Assembly: GCF_004010195.1 (NCBI RefSeq)
Contig: NC_057749.1
Coordinates: forward strand, 17,638,146 to 17,702,145
Source of the DNA: Chiloscyllium plagiosum
Taxonomy: Eukaryota
DNA length: 64,000 nt
Direction: 5' to 3'
The notes beneath the pieces are model-generated. The model made no database searches, had not been told where the DNA came from, and saw nothing but the letters and a program-made list of their open reading frames with translations. Positions 11,967 through 23,630 of the stretch are shown here, in pieces (positions within the stretch are counted from its first letter, which is position 1; each line of letters begins with the position of its first letter). Position numbers and translations under genes: made by a program.

Positions 11967-12061
11967 TCCTGTTCCCTAGATGCTGCCTGACCTGCAGCGC
12001 TTCTCCAGCAACACATTTCCATCTCTGATCTCCAGCATCTGCAGATCTCATTTTCTCTTTC

Positions 12062-12400
12062 TGATCACCACCCAGCTAGAGTTAGAGGAATTGAAATTCC
12101 TTCCTGTTCAGGATTGGCTGGATTGTGCCAGGGAGCTCTGAATGCCGTACGATGTGGCCCTTGTACCTGGGGGAGTCCAGTGATGGGTACAAACCTGATA
12201 GCTCAGCCACTGCGGCACTCGATGCCCATGGTGAACTGGGCACTGACTCTATATTGTCGTGAGGTCCCAAGTGCTGCTTGTGGGCAGCACATTGCGAGAT
12301 GTCACACATCTCTCCGGCTGAGGTTTGACAGGAGCTGGTGATGAGAAGGTTCTTTGCCAATGCCACAGGCACAGAGCTGCCAGTTGCTGACATAGAGAAC
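12062..12400 (-). pseudogene. Degenerate HARBI1-like DDE transposase (PIF/Harbinger)
   Basis: Minus-strand peptides in order: SVPVALAKNLLITSSCQTSAGEMCDISQCAAHK, AIRFVPITGLPQVQG, AFRAP, LNRKEFQFL..LGGDQ. These follow the Harbinger motifs SGSFQ...GD..GISQ, IAGFP.V.G, RAP, NRKG.HSLN.Q.VCD. Confidence 0.75.
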
Positions 12401-12957
12401 ACTCCTGTTACCATGTGACGCTGTCTCTCATGCCCCTGCAGCAATGCCCTCGGTTGCCCCTGTCTGGGCACACTTCTCGCCAATTCTGAAGACCCTGGTT
12501 CCCCTCTACATGGCCTGCCTGCTCATGAAACACTGCAGCTGAGTTCTCTGAACCTCATGGCTGGGGTTCTGTTGGTACTGTTCATCCATTCTCCTCCTCC
12601 TCCTCCTCCGCTCTCCCTAACCACAGCTGGGCTAGCTTGGTTGAATATCTGACTTGGAAATACTCATCTGTGAGGTAAGGTCAGGAGTGAGGTGCATGGT
12701 CTCTATGTGGACATGGTCAAGCTGCTGTGTGGGCCCTTTTCAGGCAGTTCATGGGTTGGCTGAAAACCAGCCTCTCAAAATGACAAAGGGCATCCTCTGG
12801 GAACAGGAGCTGCTGTTTCTTCCCCTCCCCCTCCCCTTTCTCATTCTGCTGTGTGTGACCTTTATGTTACTTTGCCATCATTTTGCAATCAGCACAAAAT
12901 GGCTTGGTCATGTAGGAGATGAGACAGAAGATGTTTGTCCGCACTGGAGCTTGGAAG

Positions 12958-13356
12958 AGATTTTTAACCTTCCTGCGAATCCTCTTCCAAGGATGCCAAC
13001 CCTGAAGAAGTTCTCCTCTCTCTCTACAAGAATCTCAGTGTAGTCTCTCTCTCACTGAATCCTCTGCCCTGAAGCTCTTCAGCCACTTCCTGAAGCAGAC
13101 TCCCTACCACAGCCACATCTCCTTCCTCAGTGCCTGCCTCCAGAACCAACTGATCCCACACGGACTCCGGACCACGTTCAGACCAATACAGTCTGGGTCT
13201 GAACAGGACCAACCAGTACAGACTACAGATTCAAAACCTCCAGCAATGGTTAAAAAAAAAGCTAATTCCTGATGAAGGGCTTTTGCCCGAAACGTCGATT
13301 TTCCTGCTCCTCGGATATTGCCTGACCTGCTGTGCTATTCCAGCACCACTCTAATC
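12958..13356 (+). mobile_element. Penelope-like element fragment: ORF N-terminus joined to pseudo-LTR
   Basis: ALKLFSHFLKQTPYHSHISFLSACLQNQLIPHGLRTTF (H..FL..C....LIP.GL motif), followed by a hammerhead-bearing repeat. Confidence 0.7.
13264..13301 (+). ncRNA. Minimal type-I hammerhead ribozyme motif
   Basis: aattc CTGATGA a GGGC tttt GCCC GAAAC GTC gattt. Core intact; predicted cleavage after 13296. Confidence 0.8.
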
Positions 13357-13657
13357 ATGGCAGAAGGTGTCTAGCCTCTCTTCCCCAACTCCCACCCCCC
13401 CCCACCTCCCCATCAGGTACATGCTCTGATAGATATCATCTGGTTTGTCAACACCGTTCCCAGTTTGCCGCATTCAGGCTTGTGCCCATGGATGTAATTC
13501 CTGTGGCTGGAGTGTTAATGTGGATGGAAAGAAAGCTTTTGAGAAAGTACTAGCTAAGCTTTAACACCCCACTGTTGAAATATGGTCCTTGTCTCCTGGT
13601 CAGTTAAAGTTCACTGCCTAGCATTCTTAATCTCCAGGTAGGTCAGGAAGATTCCAC

Positions 13658-14217
13658 AATGTAGGAGCAAATTATTGCAGATGCTGGAATCTGTACTGAA
13701 AGTAAAACTTACTGCAGATCACAGCATGTCAGGCAGCATCTGATGATGAAAAGTTCACTGGACTGAAAACGTTAGCTTGCTCTCTCTCCACAGATGCTGC
13801 CTGACCCGCACGAGGTCCTTCTGCAGCTGTACAGGGCCCTGGTGAGACCACACCTGGAGTACTGTGCGCAGTTCTGGTCTCCAAATTTGAGGAAAGACAA
13901 TCTGGCTATTGAGGGAGTACAGCGTAGGTTCACGAGGTCAATTCCCAGAATGGCGGGACTATCTTACGCTGAAAGATTGGAGCGACTGGGCTTGTATACC
14001 CTTGAGTTTAGAAGACTGAGAGGGGATCTGATTGAGACGTATAAGATTATTAAAGGATTGGACACTCTGGAGGCAGGAAGCATGTTTCCACTGATGGGTG
14101 AGTGCCGAACCAAATGAATGGTGGTGCTGGCTCGAGGGGCAGAATGGCCTACTCCTGCACCTATTGTCTATTGTCTATTGACCCACTGTGATTTCCAGCA
14201 TTTTTTGTTTTCAGTCT
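13658..14217. mobile_element. PLE-type palindromic element interrupted by a CR1 fragment (13809-14178, +)
   Basis: Outer duplication ggaagat(t/c)ccac at 13646-13657 and 14218-14229. Inner ORF EVLLQLYRALVRPHLEYCAQFWSP with (ctattgt)n tail and tgaccc duplication. Confidence 0.8.
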
Positions 14218-15216
14218 GGAAGATCCCACCCCTAATTGGGGATTGGTTCCAAAATGAAGTTAAGTCAAAAGGGGCTCGGGAATGTCAAAGCTTTAATGAT
14301 TTAAAGTGGCAACAATGAGTTATATTAGTCTAGCCTCTTTAATACAGTGAAACACCATAAAGCACTTGGCAGCAACGTAATGAAGGAAATGTTGGCATTG
14401 AACATGATTGGTAAGGAATGTGAACCAAAAATATCAGGGACAGCTCTGAATTTTACAGTGTGGGCACATGGGGAAGTGAAACAGCATGTGGGACAGTTTA
14501 TTTATACTTGGTAGGAATAATAAAGGCTTTCCTCCTAAATCTTTGAAATTCAGTCAAAATGCATTTGTCATGTCTCTTTTAATGAGTTAACGTCCTGTGT
14601 GGGGGCCTGAGGGGAGAGGGGAAATGACAGTGTCTATACAGGCCCTTCTGGAGCTAGACCTCCTGCCGCACAAATACACAGCGCACCGTGAAGAGTGAGG
14701 GAGAATAGTTCTACCCTGCTGCTTACACGTTGCTATATGGACACAAGAGTTGTGCAAATAGAGAGGACTGGGGAGAATCATTTTGAAAAATGTATCTGAA
14801 ACATGTCAAGTACAATCTCATGCTTGGCATACAATCAGCATGAGGCTGTGAGTTGCTCCAGCTGCTTCATTTGATCAGTGTGGAGTTTCTAACACCTTCC
14901 TCTCGGCTGACAAATGAAAGCTATCATTTAACTAGAGGCAGGAAAAAATTACAATGAAGTGAAGGATGAACTGGAGAGGAAGGGCAGAGAAAAAAGATAA
15001 TGAAAATATCCAAGGTAGTCTTTGCATAAACTGATTCTGAAGCTGCTAATTCACAAAAGTGTGAAAGATTCCAACTGGAGTTAAATACATACACATGCAG
15101 GGCAGTGATTGGATGATTGCTTGAGTAGAGGGGTTTGGTTAGCTCAGCTGACTGAACAGCTGGTTTGTGATACAGAGTGACGCCAACTGTGTGGGTTCAA
15201 TTTCTGCATCGGATGA

Positions 15217-15435
15217 TTTGGAGATGCCGGTGTTGGACTGGGGTGGACAAAGTTAAAAATCACACAACACCAGGTTGTAGTCCAACAGGTTTAATTGGAA
15301 GCACTTGGTTGTAGAGGACACTATTGTAAGACACACAATCATGTTCTCTACAACCAGCTGATGAAGGAGCTCCGAAAGCTAGTGCTTCCAATTAAACCTG
15401 TTGGACTAAACCTGGTGTTGTGTGATTTTTAACTT
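15217..15435. mobile_element. Second PLE-type family palindrome with hammerhead core (15355-15384, +), inserted in a tRNA-derived SINE
   Basis: aaagttaaaaatcacacaacaccagg...ggaagcact is inverted at 15381-15436. Core CTGATGA aggagctcc GAAAGCTA gtg. TSD tgcatc(g/a)gatga at 15205-15216 and 15436-15447. Confidence 0.75.
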
Positions 15436-15824
15436 TGCATCAGATGAAGTGACCATGAGGGTAAGCTCAGCCCTTGCCTGAGGAATGATAACCTTCAGGT
15501 TAAACCACCACCCACCTTGTCTTTCTACGAGGGAGCAGCACTATGGGCTTGTAAACTATGATGGCTTTACTTGAGGAGATATAAAGGGACAGTCACTGAC
15601 ACCGTGTGATTCAAGGTTGGATTCACTCTGTGAAAACGTTTATACTTAGTAAAGTTTCATTTTGACTTCTTCTTCCACTGACTGCTATCAGGAGTGAACA
15701 CACACACAACTATTTGAAGAAGAGTAGGGTTATAGCCAATGTCCTGGTCAGTATGAATCCCTTAACCAACAGCACCAGCAACAGATTGGTCATTTAGCTC
15801 AGTGATAGGCTGCTGTGCTCTCCA

Positions 15825-16292
15825 GGAATAAAGGCAGTGAGCCTGGAGCGTGGAGAGATAAGCTAGAGGAGGGTGGGGGTGGGGAGAAAGTAGCAGAGAC
15901 TACAATGGGTGAGTGGGGGAGGGGATGATGGTGATAGGTCAGGGAGGAGAGGGTGGAGTNNNNNNNNNNNNNNNNNNNNNNNNNNNNNNNNNNNNNNNNN
16001 NNNNNNNNNNNNNNNNNNNNNNNNNNNNNNNNNNNNNNNNNNNNNNNNNNNNNNNNNNNNNNNNNNNNNNNNNNNNNNNNNNCCATTGTAGTCTATGCTA
16101 CTTTCTCCCCACCCCCACCCTCCTCTAGCTTATCTCTCCACGCTCCAGGTTCACTGCCTTTATTCCTGATGAAGGGCTTTTGCCTGAAACATCGATTTCT
16201 AAGCTCCTCGGATGCTGCCTGAACTTCTGTGCTCTTCCAGCACCACTAATCCAGCATCTGGTTTCCAGCATCTGCAGTCATTGTTTTTATCT
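15825..16292. mobile_element. PLE palindrome with gap at its centre and 14-bp TSD, inserted in a DeuSINE-like remnant (about 15705-16345)
   Basis: About 15824-15908 is inverted at about 16083-16168. tgctgtgctctcca lies at 15811-15824 and 16293-16306. Core ctgatgaagggcttttgcctgaaacatc starts at 16166. Confidence 0.8.
15960..16082. other. Assembly gap (N)
   Basis: Run of N. Confidence 1.
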
Positions 16293-16585
16293 TGCTGTGC
16301 TCTCCAACCTTACAACAAGTGCTGCACGTCAAAATATTTCCTTGGCTGTAACACACTTAGGGCTCAGATAAAGATATAAAGGCAAGTTATCACAATAAGG
16401 TGAATAAAGAGAAAACGAGGCAAGGTAAGGAGTGAAGGCAAAAGAGAAAGAAGATGGATGACAGCATCTACACAGGAAGAGTTGAAGAGAGTTGAAGACA
16501 GGGAACAGGGAAAAGGAATAGAGTGTGGGAGGAAACCCAAATGGGGGGATGCTGAGCAGCAGTTTACAGGGTGGCATCAATAGCT

Positions 16586-16872
16586 AGAATCATAGAATCT
16601 CTACAGTGTGAAAGCAGGTTATTCAGTCCATCAAATCCACACTGACCACCATATAGCAGACCTACCCCCTTACCCTATCCCTGTAACCCTGCATTTCCAA
16701 TGGCTAACCTACCTAACCTGCACATCACTGGGCACTATGGGCAATTTCCCAAGGTCAGTCCCCCCCTAAACAGCACATCTTTGGACTGCGGGAGGAAACC
16801 GGAGCACCCGGAGGAAATGTACACAAGACACAGGGAGAATGTGCAAACTCCACACAGACACTGGCCAGAGGG
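16586..16872 (-). mobile_element. HE1-type SINE, 5'-truncated
   Basis: ctttggactgcgggaggaaaccggagcacccggagg...gagaatgtgcaaactccacacagaca. Confidence 0.82.
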
Positions 16873-17130
16873 AGGAATCTATGGTTATGTTGACTTAGAA
16901 ATGGCAAACATTACTTGGAAAAGGTGAGGAGATCGATAGATAAAATATATCCAAGGGCTGTAATTTGTAACCTAAAAATGCATTCAACAGAGTTGCACAT
17001 GTAAAGCTTTCAAAAAGGCTGAAGGTCCTGAAATTAATAGCAAGACTGAATGAAATGTTTTTGCAATCAGGAACAATATTAATGATTCAACTCATAGAAA
17101 AGGTCAATGCAGTTGACTTGATCCTTTGTG

Positions 17131-17531
17131 GTAAAAACAATGACTGCAGATGCTGGAAACCAGATTCTGGATTAGTGGTGCTGGAAGAGCACAGCAATTC
17201 AGGCAGCATCCGAGGACAGGCAAAATCGACGTTTCGGGCAAAAGCCCTTCATCAGGAATAAAGGCAGAGAGCCTGAAGCGTGGAGAGATAAGCTAGAGGA
17301 GGGTGGGGGTGGGGAGAGAGTGGCATAGAGTAGAGACTCCCTGAGATTCTTGTAGAGAGAGGAGGAAAACTTCTTCAAGGCAGGCATCCTTGCAAGAGGA
17401 TTCGCAGTAGGGTTAAAATCAACGAGGTAAAAACAATGACTGCAGATGCTGGAAACCAGATTCTGGATCCTCGGATGCTGCCTGAATTGCTGTGCTCTTC
17501 CAGCACCACTGATCCAGAATCTGGTTCCCTT
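17131..17531 (-). mobile_element. Internally deleted mini-PLE with direct and inverted pseudo-LTR copies and 13-bp TSD
   Basis: gtaaaaacaatgactgcagatgctggaaaccagattctggat occurs at 17131 and 17427, with an inverted copy at 17468-17526. ttgatcctttgtg lies at 17118-17130 and 17532-17544. Confidence 0.82.
17223..17260 (-). ncRNA. Minimal type-I hammerhead ribozyme motif
   Basis: Minus strand tattc CTGATGA a GGGC tttt GCCC GAAAC GTC gattt. Confidence 0.8.
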
Positions 17532-18204
17532 TTGATCCTTTGTGAGCTAGTGGTCTGAAATATTCTGAAGAGTATTCTGGACTCGAAATGTTAGCTCTGC
17601 TTTCTTCCTGCAGAGCTGCGAGACCTTCTGAGATTCTCCAGAAATTTCTGTTTTTGTTTTAGATCTCCAGCATCCACAGTTCTATATTTTAGTTCAGAAA
17701 TGTTCACTGCCATGCATTAGCCACAGGATGATCAATAACACTGATATGACTTTGTGCTGCTGTGATTGAGCCAGGCTGGAAGATCAGTTGGTTTATCGAT
17801 GACCTGTCCTTGGTTCAGGTTGTGCAGGACTTGCATTGGACATGCTGCCAGAAGGGGATGAGTACCTTTGGAGCAATATAGTTAGAGGGAAGTGGACACC
17901 TTTCTGTATGAAATATGTTTCTGAATTTAGCTGGTAACTCTACAGGAGAAAAAGTCAATAATGTCAGCACCTGGTTGGATATAATGATTACAAAGTTCCT
18001 GTTGAGTCATACCTTGCAGCGTTTCTCAGACCCTAGCAGCTGTGTTGCTGCAGGCATTGACCTGAGGATCCCATGGAGCTGGTCTAGATACAGGCCAGCA
18101 CCTCAGACCCAGTCAGTCTAACAGTTAACGCAAACCCATGCATAATTATTTACTGACATACGTCTTGAGATTATCTCTAGGCTCTAATCTGGGTTACGTC
18201 TGAA

Positions 18205-18382
18205 TGTGTGTGTCTATGTGAGTGTGTGCATGTGTAGATGTGTATGTGAGTATGTGTAAGGGTGTGTGTCTCCTTGTGCGTGTGTGTATATCTGTGTGTG
18301 TGTCTGTGTGTGTTGGTGTGTGTCGGTGTGTGTGTGTGTGTGTGTGTGTGTGTCTGTGTCGGTGTGTGTGTTGGGGTTGGTG
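18205..18382. repeat. Imperfect (TG)n microsatellite
   Basis: Visible TG runs. Confidence 0.9.
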
Positions 18383-18684
18383 TAATTAAATCTCCCAGCA
18401 AATGCACTGCATATTTATAACAGCTTCTTCATTGTCTTGCCCTTTGGTGGTATCTCCACTGAAACCCCATCCCCCACCATTTCCATTTCCTTATCCTTCT
18501 CACGGCAGAAGGATAAGGTCTCAGTCAGGTTGGCTGCTGCACAATTCCACTCGGTCTTCAAGGTTTGTAAATTGAATATCAAACATTCTGCTGAGCTATA
18601 GAATAGCAACTTGCTTTTCTGTGGTGCTTATAGAAGATTGGAATAAATCCGTCAACTCCCACAGGGTAGAAATGTTAAAGGAAA

Positions 18685-19030
18685 TACACAAAAGACTCAC
18701 AAAGATAATATCAGAGCTGAGGGAAGGTAATTGTTAGAAAAGATGGAACAGGTTGGGACACCTTTCTCCAGAAAAGAGAAAACAGAGGGCTGACCTGATT
18801 GAAGTCCTTTTAAATCGCAAAATGTTATGATTGAGCAGATGTGGGGAAAAGGTTTCTCGCTGTGGAGAGTACAGAGTTCAGAGTCATGAATATGAAGCAG
18901 TCCCTATTAAATTCAATAAGAAATTCCTGGGAAATTGCTTTACCGAAAGAGTAATTAGAATATCGAATTTACAAAATCAAAGAGCATTTGAGCCAAATAG
19001 TATTGACGTCTTTAAGGAGGAACTAAATTA
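18685..19030 (+). mobile_element. Old CR1 3' remnant
   Basis: Degenerate CFTERVIRISNL...DVFKEELN. Confidence 0.55.
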
Positions 19031-19709
19031 AGCTAATACAGAATAATGATACCTTGCTGGGATTGGATAAAGAAGTTTGGAAGGATTATATTTTCCTGAT
19101 CAAACCTCTAGAATAGGTGGGATATGGACCCAGTCCTCCTGGCTCAGAGGTAAGAGCACTACCATAAGCACTATAAAAACATCCTGAAGCTTGAGAGGAA
19201 ATGGATAGCTCTCATTCTGTCCAGCTGCAGGCAGCCTCTGATCTGATTTAACCAGGGAGTGAGCAGAGTAGTAAATGTGTGGCTGTATCCTGATGGGGTC
19301 TGATTATCAACGTGGACAGGTTTGCAGTCAGGAGTCAATCTTATAGTCAGTCGTGAATATGTATATCATGTACATATCAGTCTTGAATGTATATATCACG
19401 TCTCACCAAAAGAGAGAAGGGGGAGAAGTACAAATGGTATTTGAATCTCATTACAAAACTGATGATGATATTACAGAATAATCCAGAGGAAATTAATCCT
19501 CTTCCTATGATGGAAAGAAAGAGATTCCGAGGTCTGTGATTCCAACATTTCAATAGGTTTTGATCAAGATTTGAGACATGACCCTTGTACCTAATAGAAT
19601 AATAGACAATACCCATTCTTAAAGATCTGTTTACTGATGTACATTTTATTCAAAATTTTGTTAAAAATCACACAACACCAGGTCATAGTCCAACAGGTTT
19701 AATTGGAAG

Positions 19710-19744
19710 CACTAGCTTTCGGAGCGACGCTCCTTCATCAGGTG
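19710..19744 (-). ncRNA. Minimal type-I hammerhead ribozyme motif, second family (element about 19660-19750)
   Basis: Minus strand cac CTGATGA a GGAGC gtc GCTCC GAAA GC TA gtg: helix I cac/gtg, 5-bp helix II. TSD attcaaaattt at 19648-19658 and 19759-19769. Confidence 0.8.
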
Positions 19745-20281
19745 GTTGTGGCTAAATCATTCAAAATTTGGACTTACTTTTAAAAAATCAAATAGTTGGT
19801 CTTGGAAAGAGACCAAGCAGTTGTAAGGAGCTTGTTCTCTTTATATATAACATCTCTTTGGGCAAGATTCCAACTGAATCCTTTTGTCGGTCAGACGAAG
19901 TGGAATATTCGGTCACCTGTTACACTGTCCACCCATGTAGACCTTCCCAACACCCACTGTAGCAAGAGGTATCAGAACAATTCCTGGATGCAGGAACCAC
20001 CATGGACACATTGACAGCAATTGTCTCAAATTAAGGTTCAGATCACTGTGTTCATGCAATAAATAGAGTGAAGGAGCTAGGATTAAGGAACAGCAGTAGT
20101 CCATTTGAGCCCGTTGCACCCTTTAATATGATCATGTCTGATCATCCACTCCAATGCCTTTTACCCACCTTAACCCTGTACACCATCAGAAATCAGAAAT
20201 CTACCTTAAACACATGCAAAGACTGACATTCCATCACCCTCTAGGATCTAGAATTCGAAATATTCTCAGCACTTTGTGTCA

Positions 20282-20552
20282 GGTGGCACAGTGGCTCAGT
20301 GGTTAGCACTGCTGCCTCACAGCATCAGGGTCCCAGGTTTGATTCCAGCCTCGGTGACTGTCTGTGTGGAGTTTGCACATTCTCCCTGTGTCTGCGTGGG
20401 TTTCCTCCCACAGTCCAAAGATGTACAGGTCAGGTGAATTAGCAATGCTAAATTGCCCATAATGTTAGGTATATTAGTTAGAGGGAAAATGGATCTGGGT
20501 GGACTTGATGGGCCGAAGGGCCTGTTTCCACACTGTAGGGAATCTAATCTAA
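20282..20552 (+). mobile_element. HE1-type SINE
   Basis: Same head, V-domain and tail as the other copies. Confidence 0.88.
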
Positions 20553-20589
20553 AATGAAAATCCACTCATTTCAGTCCCAAGATCCTTAT

Positions 20590-21200
20590 TTTTAAATTTT
20601 ATCCCTGGTTCCAGTCTCCACAACCAGGGGAAACATCTGAACCTGCATCTACTCTATCCATCCTTCAGAAGGTTCATTGGACTCGAACCATTAACTCTAT
20701 TATCTCTTCACAGATGCCGGCATACCTGCTAAGTTTCCTCAGCAATCCCACTTTGCCTTCTTGAATAATCCCACTAACTTGGGAACAAGTACGGGGAGCC
20801 TTCCTTGCACCCCTTCCATGACAATAATATCTTTCCTGAAATAAGGAGACCAAACCTGCACACACTATTCGAGGTGCGATCTAATTGGGCTCCCATACAA
20901 CTGAGGCAAAACATCACTACTCCTGTACTCAAATCCTCTTGTAATAAAGGCTAACATTCCATTAACCTTCCTAATAGTTTGCTGCATGTTCACCTTCAGT
21001 GACTTACTGCCACATACAGCCCAGCACCTTTTCACATCTACACTTCACAACTCAGTATTTCAGAAGTATTCCATATGTGCTTTCCTTCTAGCCAAGCAGA
21101 TAACCTCCCATTTGTCTACATTATACTCCATCTGCTATATTCTAGCCCACTCACTAGGCATATCCCACTCTTTCTGCGAAGCCACTCTACATTCTCCTCC
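20590..21200 (-). mobile_element. Old CR1 remnant
   Basis: Minus-strand similarity to CR1 ORF2 (gtgtgcaggtttggtctccttatttcaggaaagata). Confidence 0.6.
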
Positions 21201-21334
21201 GCTCCTAATGGAGGTTACTGACTCCATGGAATGATCTGGCATGGTTTTGGGATTGGAGAGTCAATCATTTCTGATGGAGATGGTTATCCAGCGGGAAGTT
21301 GATGGGAGGTAATGGTCTGTTGTGTGGACTAACC

Positions 21335-21683
21335 AGGAAAAAGTGAGGACTGCAGATGCTGGAGATCAGAGCTGAAAAATGTGCTGCTGGAAAAGGAGTG
21401 GGAAGGGGGGTTAAAGTGTTCAAGGACATGCAGGTCCTTGGCCTCCTCCATCGCCAGACCATGGCAACATGACGCCTGCTAGGCATAACCCTCATCTTAA
21501 CCTCCTCCCACCTATCGCATTCCCAACGTCCCTCCCCCAAGTCCCTCCTCCCTACCTTTTACCTTGGCCTGCTTGCCACACCCTCTTCATTCCTAAAGAA
21601 GGGCTTATGCCTGAAACGTCGATTCTCCTGCTCCTTGAATGCTGCCTGACCTGATGCACTTTTCCAGCAACACATTTTTCAGC
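21335..21683. mobile_element. PLE fragment with inverted pseudo-LTR ends and 14-bp TSD
   Basis: Contains a KDMQVLGLLHRQT endonuclease-tail-like peptide. tgtgtggactaacc lies at 21321-21334 and 21684-21697. The hammerhead core is mutated (ctaaaga). Confidence 0.75.
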
Positions 21684-21756
21684 TGTGTGGACTAACCTCC
21701 TCATATTATTGCAGAGGTCATTCCAGCCTGCTTGTACCCCACCGGGGATGGGGTTT

Positions 21757-23630
21757 TGTAATAATCATAATGAGGTCAATCAGGTGGACCTCATAGAATA
21801 TGATTTCCCTGTTTGGGCAGTTACACTAGTCCAATCAGGGAGCCCTGGCTGACAGGTATGAACAGGAATGTCCGAGGTTCTGCTCACTGAGTGCTGATCC
21901 TGAGGAGCTGGATCAGTGTTAAGGACTCTCCATTTGTGTCAGGGAGGGGACTGACTCTGAGCTGGCTGCCCACATCCAGTGTGTACTGCTGCTGTTGGTT
22001 TCTGATTTTGTTTGGGGAACCTGATTCCTTAACTGGCTGAACTGTATAGCAGTTTGCTAACTGGTATTCTCTTCTTTGAGGACTGATTTCTGAACTGGCT
22101 GATCTACACAATCAATGTGTTACAGGTGTAATTCAGCCCTCATTAAGGGATTGTTGTTTCACTGGCTGGTTACAGCCTGTGTGTTACTCTTTTCTCTTTT
22201 ACTTTGAGAAAAGGACAATGCTGATTTTGTGGCAGGGCTTAGCCCTTGCACTTTGGTTTTCTTTCTTTTTCACATTTGTTTTCACTTTCTTTGTGTTTGA
22301 ACAGAGCCCCTGTGAGAAAATACACCTTTCCAGATGCACTGGCCCTCTGTTGGTAGGCCTGGCCCTGTGTGGGTGGGCTAGGCCTCTGTAAATACTGAAC
22401 ACCTATGTGTGCTGGGATGTGAGCATTTGCTGCCTTCAGGAGTGGACCATCCCCTGTGAGTTAACAGCTGCTTTTACAATGAACTATATTCCTGTGAGTG
22501 GGCCTGGTTCTCTGGGGATAGACCAGGTCTTTATGGAGACTGAATGCTTGTGTGTGTGCTGCAGGGTGTGCATTTGCTGCCTTCGGTTGTGGGCTCTGTT
22601 TTTGATAATGCACTCTGCTTCCTGGAGTGGACTCTGTTCCTGGGAATGGATTCTGCATTCTGAAGAGAACTGTTTATGGTAATGGACTCTGTACCAGAAG
22701 GGACTCTGTTTGTTGCTAATTGACTCTGTCTTGTTGTTTGTTGGGTTTATCACCTGCACTGTCTTATGTGTCCCTTAGTCTGGCAGGCCTCACTGTGAGC
22801 TGGGAGGCTCAAAGGTCATCCCGAAAGCTGTCACCCCGAAGGCCAGAGGGTGGGTAGGCCGTCCCGAGAGTCGGAAGGTGGATAGGCCAACCTGATGCCA
22901 ATCGTCCTGAAAGCTGGAAGGGGGTTAGGCTGTTCTGAGCACTGTTGTCCCAAGAAGGGGTAATCAGGACGGGCTGTCCTGGAGGTGGCCAGAAGGTGTG
23001 TGGGAGTGGCCGAGAGCCAGAAGATGCGTGGGGGCTGCCCTGTGCGCCATCATCCCAGGGATGGGGATGAGCTGTCCTGGAGGTGGCTGGAAGGTGTGTC
23101 ATGGCACACCAAGAGTGGTAGGGGCATGGAGCAGACCGAGAGCTGGAAGGAGCGGAGGGGCAGGCTGCCTTTGAGTGGCCGGAAGGTGGGAGGGGTGGGT
23201 GGTTTGCTGGGTTTCCAGGAGTGTCTGTGTTATGTGCACTGTTTTATTGGTCAGTTTATCGGACTGTCTGTCTGTATGTGATTGAATTCACTGTTTTTCT
23301 TCTTGATAATGTACGGTGGGATCCGAGGTTCATCCTTGTTTCCCTGTGAACTGGTTGTATGGTGGGGTTTGGGGTCTGGCTTTGCTGCCCCCTTCCCCTG
23401 TAAATGGCTGTTTCTTGTAAACTGCTGTTCATTGTTAACTGTTGGTTTGGTAACTTGTGCTGGTTAATAAAGTTTTTTTAAAATATAGAAAAAAATATAC
23501 AAACAGGAATGTCAGGGGTTCTGCTTACTCTGAGAGCTGGCTCTGAGGGAGCTGGATCAGGGTCAAGTGCAATATACGAGTAAATAAAGGGGGACGGTGA
23601 TGGAACAGCAGCCTCTGGGGAGTTATTTCA
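21757..23630 (+). mobile_element. Two LTR-like segments (about 21757-21990 and 23495-23630) bracketing an AATAAA/A-tailed non-coding segment
   Basis: aacaggaatgtc..gggttctgct.act..gag...gagctggatcag is repeated. The block starts TG and ends CA. A related LTR-like copy is at 37998-38228. Confidence 0.5.
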
